A stretch of DNA of 64,000 nucleotides from Candidatus Saccharimonadales bacterium (GTDB lineage Bacteria > Patescibacteriota > UBA1384 > 2-12-FULL-50-11). Below the pieces are notes generated by a model. The model was not told the origin of the DNA. It saw nothing but the letters and a program-made list of their open reading frames with translations, and did no database searches. Location: assembly GCA_035480235.1 (NCBI GenBank), contig DATIHX010000008.1, forward strand, positions 26,845-90,844, given 5' to 3'. The translations under genes and the position numbers were made by a program. Below, one piece after another: positions 54,546-63,878 of this stretch (the first letter of the stretch is position 1; every line of letters starts with the position of its first letter).

Positions 54546-57500
54546 TTACAGCTCGTCGATCGGCTGAAAATCGTCAATTGGCGCTTTGGCGTCAACGGTT
54601 GTATTTGGCAGTTTTAAGCCGAGTTCGTCGGCCTTGTCCCAGGTAATTAGGTGCCCATTTTCGTCACTCGTCTCGCCTACTCCCCCACTCTGAACAGGTT
54701 GTGGTTCAGTGTTTTGATTCTCTTGGACAGTTGTTTCAACTTTCGGCTCCTCAACTTCAACCGAATTTGGCCCTGCTAGCGTTCCCCCGCCTGATAACTC
54801 CCCTGCTTCCGTTGGCGAGCTAACGGAGTACCATTTCCGATTAAAGCGATCGGAAAGCATCTCCAGTTTTCGGCCGGTCAGCGGTTCTTTTGGTTTTTCA
54901 CTCACTACTCCCCTATCCGCCGGCTGATTGGCCGGTTGATCGTCGGAGCGCTCTTCGACCGGTACTCCCCTATCGTCAAGGTTTTTTGGGGCCGACGCTG
55001 GCTCACTTTCCGCTTGTTCAACCGGTTGGTGCTCTAGTACTAGAGCACCGTTCGCTGGCACTTCCGATTCAGAAATTACCGGTGCCGTTGGCAAGACCGG
55101 AGTTGGCTTCGGGGTGACGATCCGCTCCCAATCTTGTTTGAGGCTTTTGGTTTTTTTATCTTCGTCGAGCGACAAGTTAACCGGTACCGACCAGTCGGTG
55201 ATGTAATCTTCCACGTCGGCGCGGGCAGTGGCGTACTGCTCTCGACTTCGTTCGATCACTAAATCTTTCAGCCGAGCTTTTTCTTCCGGCGGCGGTAAAG
55301 TAGCTGCTGAAAAAGCCGGTACCGTCACCCCATCGATCGCCATTTTCAAATAAATTTGGCGGTTCGGTAGATTAACTAAATCGTTGACGTCGAAAACCGG
55401 CTGGAACTCGTTTTTCATCGCTTCCGCGTCGCCCGAGCCCACCCGAAACGCGATCATCGTGCCGACGTTACCGAAGACGGCGTTGGCCACCGTTTCCGGC
55501 ATTTGGCTGATGTACTGGTTAATCATCACGAGATTGAGCCGATATTTGCGGGCTTCGGAAAGAATCGTCGCGAACGAATCGGTAGCGAAGTTTTGAAACT
55601 CGTCGACGTAGAGGTAGAAATCTCGGCGATCTTCTTCGGCCATATTGGTCCGGCTCATCGCCGCCAGTTGGATTTTGGTAATCAACATCGCGCCAAGTAA
55701 CGCCGAGTTGTCTTCGCCGATCTTACCGGTAGAAAGATCGGCTAGCAGGATTTTGCCGCCGTCCATGACTTGGCGAATGTCGAAAGCACTTTTCGGCTGG
55801 CCGACGATATTGCGGATAGTCGAGCTGGAGGTAAACTGGCCGACTTTATTTTGAATTGGGGCGATCGCTTCTTGGCGAAATTTTGGTTCGTATTTTTCGA
55901 ATTCGTTAATAAAGAAGTCTTTAACGACCGGGTCGTTAACGTTAGAAATAACTTGCCGGCGGTAAGCGTTATCGGTGAGGATTCGCATGACGCCGAGCAG
56001 GGTGGAATTGGGCGATTCTAAAAGAGCCAAAACCGAATTTCGTAAGATGTATTCCAGCCGCGGCCCCCAGCTCTCACCGAAGATTTTTTTGAAAATGCCG
56101 ACCACCCCAGATGCGACGACGTTGCGCATTTCCGGATCAACGTATTCCAGCACGTTAAAACCGATGGGGAAATGGTAATCGGCCGGCGAGAAATAAACAA
56201 CGTCGTTAACCCGTTCTTCGGGAATGAAATCTAAGATGTGGTCGATTAGTTCGCCGTGTGGATCCACCACCGCCACGCCGCGGCCTTCACGAATGTCGTC
56301 AAAAATCATGTTTTCCATCAGCGTCGATTTGCCGGTGCCGGTTTTGCCGATGATATAGCTGTGGAGGCGACGGTCTGGCTTTTTAATGCCGAATTTTTGT
56401 TCTTTGGCCCGGAAATTAACTTTCGCAAACACCGTTAACTCGTCAGCCGGGACGCTGCCGATTATCGGCAAATTAGCTGGCGGTTCGCCTTTTTTGCTGC
56501 CCGACCAAGCGATTTGTGGCGTCGCCACCGTTTGCGAAGGGAAATGGTAAATTGACGCCAGCTCGGTGATGTTGAAGAGCATGTCCGGCGCGCCAATCGC
56601 CCGGGCCTGGTACAAATCGATGGCGGCCGGGTCGTGAGAAATTTCTTTAGAAACGAAGGAATTAAGGTTAATACTATTGTATTGTTTGTAGGCGCCGATT
56701 AACTGCTCGAGTTTGGCGGTGGCAAAATTTGGGTCGCGGGCGATGGCCACCAGCCGAATCACCACTTCGAAACCGAGTTTAGTAATTTTTTCTTCGATCC
56801 CCTTGACCGCTTGCTGCTGCGAGCCGGTCAGCTCCTCTTTGTTATCTTTTTTCTCTTCTTTTTTCTCCGGCTCGGCGACTTTGCCGGTGAAAACCGCCCG
56901 GCCAAAATCCAGAACAAAAAGCAGTGATTTTTCACGAATTAACTCCGGCCAATGTTTGTGTTTCGGCGGTTTTTTGATGTTTTTTATCTCAGTTTCGCCT
57001 TGATCTTGCCAGTCGTCGTCAACCGGCCGGATGATGGTCTGAACCCAAAGCGACTCCCCTTCTCCGGCCGAACTTAATACGCCAGTGACGCCCGAGAGCG
57101 GATCAACTTCGAAATTTTGAAAAGTTTTAATTGGGTAGGTGCTCGGCCGCTTCAACGTTAGTTCGGTGGCGGCAACGGCGTTACCCTCGCTAAATTTGGC
57201 GTAATCTTCTTCGGCCGATAGTTCCTTGACATCAATGTTTGGGTACTGGGAGTAAATTTGGCTTAAAACAAAGTCTTTCAAGTCGGTGGGGACGTGAATA
57301 TAAAAAACGATATTTTGCTGGGTGTTAGCGATCTCAAAACTGATGCTCGGCTGGGCCTCGGCGTTAGTCCGAAAAATGCCGTGCAAGGCGGCAAAGAGCT
57401 GCTCGGCCGCTTGGGGAGTGCGCTCGTTATTGCGCGGCACGGCGATCGATAAAAGCTTGCTTTGGCCAGCCTCAACCGGCAACAACGGAACGTTTTGCTT

Positions 57501-57593
57501 AACTCGCAAGCGCCGGGTGGCTTGCCAAAAATATATCGCCCCCAGTAAAAAAAGGCCGATAAAACCGATATTAATGTAGGCGTAGAGTTGCAT
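54546..57593 (-). CDS. Membrane-anchored VirD4/TraD/HerA-like ATPase with low-complexity C-terminal tail
   Basis: N-terminal TM, GKTGTGKS, DPHG, WGPRLE, LYVDEFQNF, LSEARKY motifs. Confidence 0.88.
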   Translation of the reverse strand: MQLYAYINIGFIGLFLLGAIYFWQATRRLRVKQNVPLLPVEAGQSKLLSIAVPRNNERTPQAAEQLFAALHGIFRTNAEAQPSISFEIANTQQNIVFYIHVPTDLKDFVLSQIYSQYPNIDVKELSAEEDYAKFSEGNAVAATELTLKRPSTYPIKTFQNFEVDPLSGVTGVLSSAGEGESLWVQTIIRPVDDDWQDQGETEIKNIKKPPKHKHWPELIREKSLLFVLDFGRAVFTGKVAEPEKKEEKKDNKEELTGSQQQAVKGIEEKITKLGFEVVIRLVAIARDPNFATAKLEQLIGAYKQYNSINLNSFVSKEISHDPAAIDLYQARAIGAPDMLFNITELASIYHFPSQTVATPQIAWSGSKKGEPPANLPIIGSVPADELTVFAKVNFRAKEQKFGIKKPDRRLHSYIIGKTGTGKSTLMENMIFDDIREGRGVAVVDPHGELIDHILDFIPEERVNDVVYFSPADYHFPIGFNVLEYVDPEMRNVVASGVVGIFKKIFGESWGPRLEYILRNSVLALLESPNSTLLGVMRILTDNAYRRQVISNVNDPVVKDFFINEFEKYEPKFRQEAIAPIQNKVGQFTSSSTIRNIVGQPKSAFDIRQVMDGGKILLADLSTGKIGEDNSALLGAMLITKIQLAAMSRTNMAEEDRRDFYLYVDEFQNFATDSFATILSEARKYRLNLVMINQYISQMPETVANAVFGNVGTMIAFRVGSGDAEAMKNEFQPVFDVNDLVNLPNRQIYLKMAIDGVTVPAFSAATLPPPEEKARLKDLVIERSREQYATARADVEDYITDWSVPVNLSLDEDKKTKSLKQDWERIVTPKPTPVLPTAPVISESEVPANGALVLEHQPVEQAESEPASAPKNLDDRGVPVEERSDDQPANQPADRGVVSEKPKEPLTGRKLEMLSDRFNRKWYSVSSPTEAGELSGGGTLAGPNSVEVEEPKVETTVQENQNTEPQPVQSGGVGETSDENGHLITWDKADELGLKLPNTTVDAKAPIDDFQPIDEL

Positions 57594-59990
57594 TTAAGTG
57601 GTGGGTTTAGCCGCTGAGGCGTTTGGGGCGAGGATTTGGACGGGGCCCTTGGCGTAGAGCGAACGGTTGTTGGCACGGATCCAGTTGGCCATCTCGACGG
57701 TTCCGGCGCCCGGCGTTTTCAGGCCGTTCATACTGAAGGGTTTGGTCGGCGTCAGATCCACCAGCAGTTTAACATATGTTTGAAAACGATCAAGATTAGT
57801 GAAGTCTTCGATCGTCAAACCGACCATCTCGCGGGCTAAGAATTCGGCGTCTTCGGCGCCGATGCGGTAACTAATGAGGGTGCCGACGTTGCCAATTACC
57901 GCGTCGCGGATTTTTTCCGTCAACTGGGCGAAGTACTGGTTGGTGATGTTTAAGCCCAGCCGATATTTGCGGGCTTCAGCCAAAATGGTGGCGAAGGTGT
58001 CGGTCGTAAAGTTTTGAAATTCGTCCACATAGAGGTAAAAGTCCTTACGATCAGTTTCGGCAATATTTGCTCGGCTAAAAGCGGCGATCTGAATTTTCGA
58101 AACCAAAATCAGGCCGAGCAAATTCGAGTTAATCTCGCCGATTTTGCCTTTAGCTAAATTAACAAAGAGGATTTTGCCGTCGTCCATCAGCTGCCGAAAA
58201 TTAAACGAGCTCTCTTTTTGGCCGATGATGTTGCGCATTAAATCGTTGGTCATAAAACGGCCAAATTTGGAGATGAAATAGTTGTACATCTCGGACTTGT
58301 GAAAATCGGCGGTTTTGGCCAGCTGCTGATCCCAGAAGGCTTTGACGACCGGATCGGTGAGATTGGCCACTGACGCGTCGCGGAAAGCGTCGTCGGTGAA
58401 GAGCCTTGGCAAGTCAATGAGCGTGCCGCCGCCCGGATTATTCATCACCGTTAAAGCAGCGTTGCGAGCCCAGTGCTCCCACTGCGGGCCGACGATACCG
58501 GTGCGGTTCGGGTCGAAAAGTTTGTAGAAAATTTCAATCACTTCTTGAATTAAGAAATCGCGTTCCTCGGGTTTTTGATACTCCAGCAAGTTCAAGCCAA
58601 ACGGGTATTGAGTGTCGGATGGGTCGAATAAAACCACGTCTTTAGCCCGTTCGGTCGGGACTTTCTTGAGGAGCGACTCGATAGCGTCGCCAAGTGGGTC
58701 GATGAAACACAGGCCTTTGCCGGCCGCCATATCTTGCTCGATCATTGTCTCAAACAGCGTCGTTTTACCGACGCCGGTTTTCCCAATCATAAAAATGTGG
58801 CGGCGGCGATCTTCATCTTGCAGGCGGACGTATTGTTTGACGCTGCGGTAGACCGATTCGCCGATGACGATGCCGGCTTTCGGTAAGTTGGCCGGCGCTG
58901 GCAATTTTTTCGCCCCCACCCATTTGACGCCGGGGGTTTCGAGAACGCGGGTGGGTAGATGGAAGAGGCTGGACAACTCCTCGACGTTCAAAAGCATTTT
59001 CGGGGCGCTATTAAACGAGCGCAACAAATACTCCCGGCTGATTTTTTGGCCGGTGGTTTTGCGGTATTTCAAACTATTATATTGCGGCGCGTAAAACTGC
59101 GAGAAAGCGCTAATAATGGTGGTCAGCCCGGCAGCGGCCGAAGCGTCGTCTTTGTCGGTGACGACCACCCGCAACACCGCCTCAAAACCGGTTTTACTGC
59201 CCTTTTCTTGCAAACCTTTCAAGAGCATCTCTTGTTCGGGGCTGACTTTTAAATCTTTGATCGGCGCGGTCGGTTTGACGACTTCGCCGATCTGGCCCAA
59301 AACTCGGGCGGTGCCGGTGCGGTTGACGAGATGGGCCTTGCCTTGCTGGACGTGGCCGGCAGCGATGTTGGTGTGCAGCCGCCAGTTTTCGCCGGTCGGC
59401 CGGATTAGTAGTTGAATCGCCGCGCCGTACGGCAGTTTAGTCATGGCGTTAGTGATCGCTTGGAGCGGATCGGCTTCCAGCGTTTGGTAGGTTTTAATCG
59501 GCAAGACAAAGTTTTTAGCCTGTTGGAAGATTGCCCCTGCCACCACCGGCGTTTCTTTGGTGAATAAACGCGGCGGCGGGCCAAGGGTAATTTCAGCGTG
59601 GGGAAAGTAACTTTGGAGCTGCCGTTCGATCACCTGCTGGACGCGCTTGGGTGCGACAATAGCGAAACTAATAACACCGCCCGAGGAGATAATTTCAAAA
59701 CTGACGTGGGCCGGGTTGCTGAAAAGCCAGTCGAGGAAGTTGCGCTGGTGAATAATGGTGGTGAGCGAGCCGAAAAATTGCTCCATCGGCGCGATCAGAT
59801 CTTTGAAATCCTTGACCGGTTCGTTGACCGATTTGTCGTCACGCTGATTGTCGCGCGGTAGTGAAACCAGCATACAAACCAGGCTGCCGGTGTCGGTGAG
59901 ATCTTCCCGGCGCTGAAAAAACCGAACCAAGAGCATCAAGGCCAGCGGCACCAACACAATAATAAGTAAAATGATGACCAGCGCGCTCAT
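57594..59990 (-). CDS. Membrane-anchored VirD4/TraD/HerA-like ATPase (paralogue)
   Basis: N-terminal TM, GKTGVGKT, DPLG, LYVDEFQNF, LAEARKY motifs. Confidence 0.88.
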   Translation of the reverse strand: MSALVIILLIIVLVPLALMLLVRFFQRREDLTDTGSLVCMLVSLPRDNQRDDKSVNEPVKDFKDLIAPMEQFFGSLTTIIHQRNFLDWLFSNPAHVSFEIISSGGVISFAIVAPKRVQQVIERQLQSYFPHAEITLGPPPRLFTKETPVVAGAIFQQAKNFVLPIKTYQTLEADPLQAITNAMTKLPYGAAIQLLIRPTGENWRLHTNIAAGHVQQGKAHLVNRTGTARVLGQIGEVVKPTAPIKDLKVSPEQEMLLKGLQEKGSKTGFEAVLRVVVTDKDDASAAAGLTTIISAFSQFYAPQYNSLKYRKTTGQKISREYLLRSFNSAPKMLLNVEELSSLFHLPTRVLETPGVKWVGAKKLPAPANLPKAGIVIGESVYRSVKQYVRLQDEDRRRHIFMIGKTGVGKTTLFETMIEQDMAAGKGLCFIDPLGDAIESLLKKVPTERAKDVVLFDPSDTQYPFGLNLLEYQKPEERDFLIQEVIEIFYKLFDPNRTGIVGPQWEHWARNAALTVMNNPGGGTLIDLPRLFTDDAFRDASVANLTDPVVKAFWDQQLAKTADFHKSEMYNYFISKFGRFMTNDLMRNIIGQKESSFNFRQLMDDGKILFVNLAKGKIGEINSNLLGLILVSKIQIAAFSRANIAETDRKDFYLYVDEFQNFTTDTFATILAEARKYRLGLNITNQYFAQLTEKIRDAVIGNVGTLISYRIGAEDAEFLAREMVGLTIEDFTNLDRFQTYVKLLVDLTPTKPFSMNGLKTPGAGTVEMANWIRANNRSLYAKGPVQILAPNASAAKPTT

Positions 59991-60283
59991 GGGTGTTGCT
60001 CGAATTGTTGAGCCAGGCTGTCTTCTAATTGGTCGGCCGGTAGATCGGCCTTAGTGGCAAGGAGCGTTTCTAGACTGATGGGCGGCGGCGCAGTGATTGG
60101 TTCGGCGGTAAGGGGTTGGGGCGAGCTAATCGGTTCATGGCCGAGCGGCGCTACTTCCGCCGGAATTGCTTGGCGAGCGCTCGCCTGTTCTTGGTCGTTA
60201 ATAATAACTGGCGGTGCCGGCTCACCAGCAACATTGGGCAGCGCTTCCGGCCCCACACCAAGAATACTCGGTTTCCCCTCCAT
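59987..60283 (-). CDS. Pro-rich hypothetical protein (98 aa)
   Basis: ATG at 60283 after tgt; ATGA overlap with the ATPase gene. Confidence 0.6.
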   Translation of the reverse strand: MEGKPSILGVGPEALPNVAGEPAPPVIINDQEQASARQAIPAEVAPLGHEPISSPQPLTAEPITAPPPISLETLLATKADLPADQLEDSLAQQFEQHP

Positions 60284-60300
60284 TACTTTATTACTGTAAC

Positions 60301-61425
60301 TTAACCAAGATACTTTTGGTAGCGCTTCAGAAAACTGCCGTCTTCGATCGAAGCCCGGATGTTTTTCATCAGATTTAAGACAACTGAGAGGTTGTGATAA
60401 CTCAGCGCCCGAAGCGCGAAAGTTTCTTGACTGATGAGCAAATGACGCAGATAAGATTTCGAGAAATTTTGGCAGATTTTGCAGTGGCAATCGGGGTCGA
60501 GCGGCGCGGAATCGGTCCGGTATTGGGCGTTTTTGAGGTCGTGTTGAGTCAGTTTGGTCGTCCAGAAACTGCCGTGGCGAGCCAGGCGGGTGGGCAAAAC
60601 GCAATCGAACATATCGAAGCCCTGGTGGACAGCCCGAATCAGATCCTCAGGGTAACCGACGCCCATAAGGTAATGAGGGCGAAGCGGGTCCAGACCTTTG
60701 GCAACGTAATCGACAGCTTTATTAATCTTGTCTTTGCCTTCCGAGGCGATGGCGACGCCGCCAACCGCTATCCCGTCAAAGGGCAGGGCTTGAATTTCGT
60801 TCATCGACCGAAGGCGGAGATTTTCGTATAAACCGCCCTGAATAATACCAAATAACATTTTTTCCGACTTCCCTCTCCCCTCTTTCTGCCAATGGTCGAT
60901 GGAGCGTTTGGCCCACTCCCCTGTCCTGATGACAGCTGATTCGACCCGTTTCTCCGTTGCCTCTATGGGCGGGCAATCGTCCAGCGGCATCACAATATCG
61001 CTGCCGATTTTAGCTTGAATATCTAAAACCGATTCTGGGGTGAAAAAATGGGCTGAGCCGTCGTATGGCGAATAAAATTTGACGCCGTCGTTGGTAGTTT
61101 TGGCGCTTTTGGCTCGAGTTTCACCGAGCGAGTAGGCTTGGTAGCCACCGGAATCAGTCAGAATCGGCCGCGACCATTCTGACCACTCATTTAAACCACC
61201 GGCTTCGGCGATTAAGTCTTCGCCCGGCCGCAAATGGAGGTGGTAGGTGTTGCCTAAAATGATTTCGGCTCCCAGTTCCTCCATTTCCCAAGGCGCTAGC
61301 GTTTTGACGATGCCTTGGGTGCCGACCGGCATGAAAGCCGGCGTCTGAACGGTGCCGTGCGGCAACTCTAAAATGCCCGTTCGGGCTAAAGACCCTTTAA
61401 GAATTGACTTTATATTAAATTTCAT
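60301..61425 (-). CDS. tgt: Queuine tRNA-ribosyltransferase
   Basis: TPAFMPVGT, NTYHL, TDSGG, IQGG, DMFDCV.PTR, C.C..C/HN zinc site. Confidence 0.96.
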   Translation of the reverse strand: MKFNIKSILKGSLARTGILELPHGTVQTPAFMPVGTQGIVKTLAPWEMEELGAEIILGNTYHLHLRPGEDLIAEAGGLNEWSEWSRPILTDSGGYQAYSLGETRAKSAKTTNDGVKFYSPYDGSAHFFTPESVLDIQAKIGSDIVMPLDDCPPIEATEKRVESAVIRTGEWAKRSIDHWQKEGRGKSEKMLFGIIQGGLYENLRLRSMNEIQALPFDGIAVGGVAIASEGKDKINKAVDYVAKGLDPLRPHYLMGVGYPEDLIRAVHQGFDMFDCVLPTRLARHGSFWTTKLTQHDLKNAQYRTDSAPLDPDCHCKICQNFSKSYLRHLLISQETFALRALSYHNLSVVLNLMKNIRASIEDGSFLKRYQKYLG

Positions 61426-61483
61426 AATTAGTTGAACCTGCAATATATATTATAATATATACGGGGATTTAGAGATATATTGA

Positions 61484-62005
61484 TTAAATGCCCGCAGGAT
61501 TGATTTTTTGGCACTCGACAGGAACTTCACCGGCGAAAACCAAGCGGTAGCCTTGGCTCATTTGGCAAGGAAAATCTAATTCTTCGGTTGTAAAGCCGAG
61601 ATGAGCTACCATCGACTCGATCGGATCTTCGTGGAACGACAACACAATCTGCTCACCGGCGTGTTTTTGGCAAAGTTCCTGTAAAAAATCTTTGAAAGCC
61701 GCTCCCCGCTCGGCGTAACCCTGCACCTGGCCGTGATACATTTCCGCTAATTCAGACCGGCTGATTATATCCCCTGGAATCTCCGCCGCCACTTTAATAA
61801 TTTCGGCCGTTTCGACGGCCCGCTTCATGTGACTAGAATAAATGACTGATGGCGCAAAACTTTTCAGATACTCCCCTACTCTTTTTTCTTGCGCTCTCCC
61901 CTCTTCCGTTAACACCCGCTCGTTATCGATACCCGCGTCGCTACTAAAATCTTTGTCGGTTTGCCCATGCCGGATGAAAAAAATTACTGTCTGAAGTTTG
62001 GACAT
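61484..62005 (-). CDS. Histidine phosphatase family protein
   Basis: RHGQT, LT..G..Q, SS...RA.ETA, second His motifs. Confidence 0.9.
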   Translation of the reverse strand: MSKLQTVIFFIRHGQTDKDFSSDAGIDNERVLTEEGRAQEKRVGEYLKSFAPSVIYSSHMKRAVETAEIIKVAAEIPGDIISRSELAEMYHGQVQGYAERGAAFKDFLQELCQKHAGEQIVLSFHEDPIESMVAHLGFTTEELDFPCQMSQGYRLVFAGEVPVECQKINPAGI

Positions 62006-62071
62006 CCCTGTAATTTTACCAGGAAATGTGAGAAAATGCCTTTACACTAACACGTAGTGGAGGTCCCAAAA

Positions 62072-63217
62072 GTGAACATTGACATTATCGGCTGGGGCGA
62101 CACCCCGACTAACCCTAAATTCGCCGTGTTTAACGACGAGGTCATCGACCGAGTCCTGAAACGCCAAGCTAATCTGATATTAAGAGCCCATCACGAAAAA
62201 AAACTTGACGAAGTTGCCAAGTGGGAAGCCGAACTAGAAAAGATGCGGAAACTGACCCCCGAGGCAATAACCGAAAAAATTGGCGTCGTCTGCCGCCAGT
62301 ATTGCTGGGGCAAAACTTCTTATCAATTAGCGGTTGAAGCGGCTAAGCGAGCGATTGAAAAAGCCTATCAAAATGACCCCGATTTCCACGTTTGGAAAAT
62401 TGCGGCTGTATATTTTGGCTCTTCGTCAGCCGACAATGCCTACCCTGGTGGGCACGCTTACGCTCATTACTGCCAAGAGGCGCTCAACTTAGGGCGGGTG
62501 GAGGGCATAACCATTGCTGACGCCTGTTGTTCGGCAACGGCCGTGATGGCGATGGCTCATCGGACGATGAGCTGGAGGCCGGAACGCTACCCGTACATTC
62601 TGGCTCTTTTTGGCGAAGTTGTTGGTTCAACACACAACGCCTTTGAAGATGAGAACGCTACCCTCTGGGGTGATGGCGGCGCGGCTTTAATCCTGCGAGC
62701 CAACCCAAGGGGTGACCCGGCTTGCGGTATCATCGACTCCTATGGTCGAGTAGACGGCACCAGCAACCGACCAGACGGCAAAAACCCGAAATACCTCGCG
62801 ACACTCAGCGAAGGTAACGGCGCCGCCTTGATTCATCGGTGGCTACGGCTTAACAACTCAATGTGCGGCAAAGAGAAGCAGATCTTCCGGGCGGTTGTGG
62901 GCGAGATACCCGACGATATCTTGGAGAACTTCATTTATCCGAACAACTACCTGGAGCTCTTGCGAAGCGAACGGAGCGAGCTCTACCCGCATAACGGCAA
63001 CGAGCATATGCTGGAATCAAACGGCGCCAAATTGGGTATTTCACCCGAACGTATTCGGCACCGTGTTCGGGACAGGGCCAACCAGTCGTCAGTTTCGTCG
63101 GTAAGTAGTTTTGCCTACCACGCCGATCTTGGCTTAGTTACTTCCGGCAAAGCCGTCTGGTTTGAGACGTTTGCCAGCGGGCTTGAGTGGTGGATGCTAC
63201 TAAATGTTATTCCTTGA
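62072..63217 (+). CDS. FabH/3-oxoacyl-ACP synthase III-like thiolase-fold protein (orphan cassette)
   Basis: DACC, WGDGGAA, PHNGN, ANQSS (Cys-His-Asn triad); GGAGG SD before GTG; terminator at 63224-63248. Confidence 0.8.
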   Translation: MNIDIIGWGDTPTNPKFAVFNDEVIDRVLKRQANLILRAHHEKKLDEVAKWEAELEKMRKLTPEAITEKIGVVCRQYCWGKTSYQLAVEAAKRAIEKAYQNDPDFHVWKIAAVYFGSSSADNAYPGGHAYAHYCQEALNLGRVEGITIADACCSATAVMAMAHRTMSWRPERYPYILALFGEVVGSTHNAFEDENATLWGDGGAALILRANPRGDPACGIIDSYGRVDGTSNRPDGKNPKYLATLSEGNGAALIHRWLRLNNSMCGKEKQIFRAVVGEIPDDILENFIYPNNYLELLRSERSELYPHNGNEHMLESNGAKLGISPERIRHRVRDRANQSSVSSVSSFAYHADLGLVTSGKAVWFETFASGLEWWMLLNVIP

Positions 63218-63626
63218 ACTCTATCCCCTACTTCGGTGGGGGTTTTTTACTTGCCACCCCCCTATTTCGTGGTTACAGTTAAGTCATGCCCTATTGGGGG
63301 GAAAATTTGAGGAACGCCCGCCCGTGTTCTTGGGGACGTTCACGAGATTAGCCGAAGCGGCTCGGTGTTTTGTTTGGGTACGCAGACCGACTGCCGAAGC
63401 GAGCGCCTCCGCGCCGATACTAGTACCACGTCTTTGTTCTTTAGAGATCGGTGAATCGTCCCGGCTTAGTCCTACCACGGGGCAAACGGGCGTCAACCGC
63501 GTACGGAATTTGCGTTCTGTCCAGGCGAATTAGTTGATCATCTTCGTCTGCAGCATGAGGCGGTTGGGAGTGCAAGCAGTGGGAGAACCTCGGCGCGCAA
63601 ACGCCGAGGTTTCTTTTTAATTACTT

Positions 63627-63839
63627 TTAACTTTTGACTGGCCAGAAGGCGGTGAAAATCGGCCCTTCCAGGCTTTTGACATCTTTCGTTTGCCAGTTGG
63701 CGAGTTTAGCTAGTTCGCGGACTTTTTGGTTTCTGTGGTTTTGGCTGAGGGCGGCGAAAGCTTGCCCTTCTTTTTTGGTCAGTCCCTTACCGTGAGCGGC
63801 TTGGAATAAGTCAGCGAAGCTGTAAGCGCAGTAGTGCAT
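63627..63839 (-). CDS. Small hypothetical protein
   Basis: 70-aa ORF between two terminators, leaderless-style start. Confidence 0.6.
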   Translation of the reverse strand: MHYCAYSFADLFQAAHGKGLTKKEGQAFAALSQNHRNQKVRELAKLANWQTKDVKSLEGPIFTAFWPVKS

Positions 63840-63878
63840 TGGCCCACTGTAACAAAAAACCCGCCGTGATGGCGGGGC

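Noticed and set aside
60284-60604. Long N-terminal part of ORF 59987-60604
   Set aside because: It overlaps tgt in another frame; the real start is more plausibly 60283
714-63104. Numerous antisense and alternate-frame ORFs in the track (e.g. 37694-38332, 41424-42233, 45597-46172)
   Set aside because: They overlap well-supported genes and have no recognisable motifs, so they are treated as shadow ORFs
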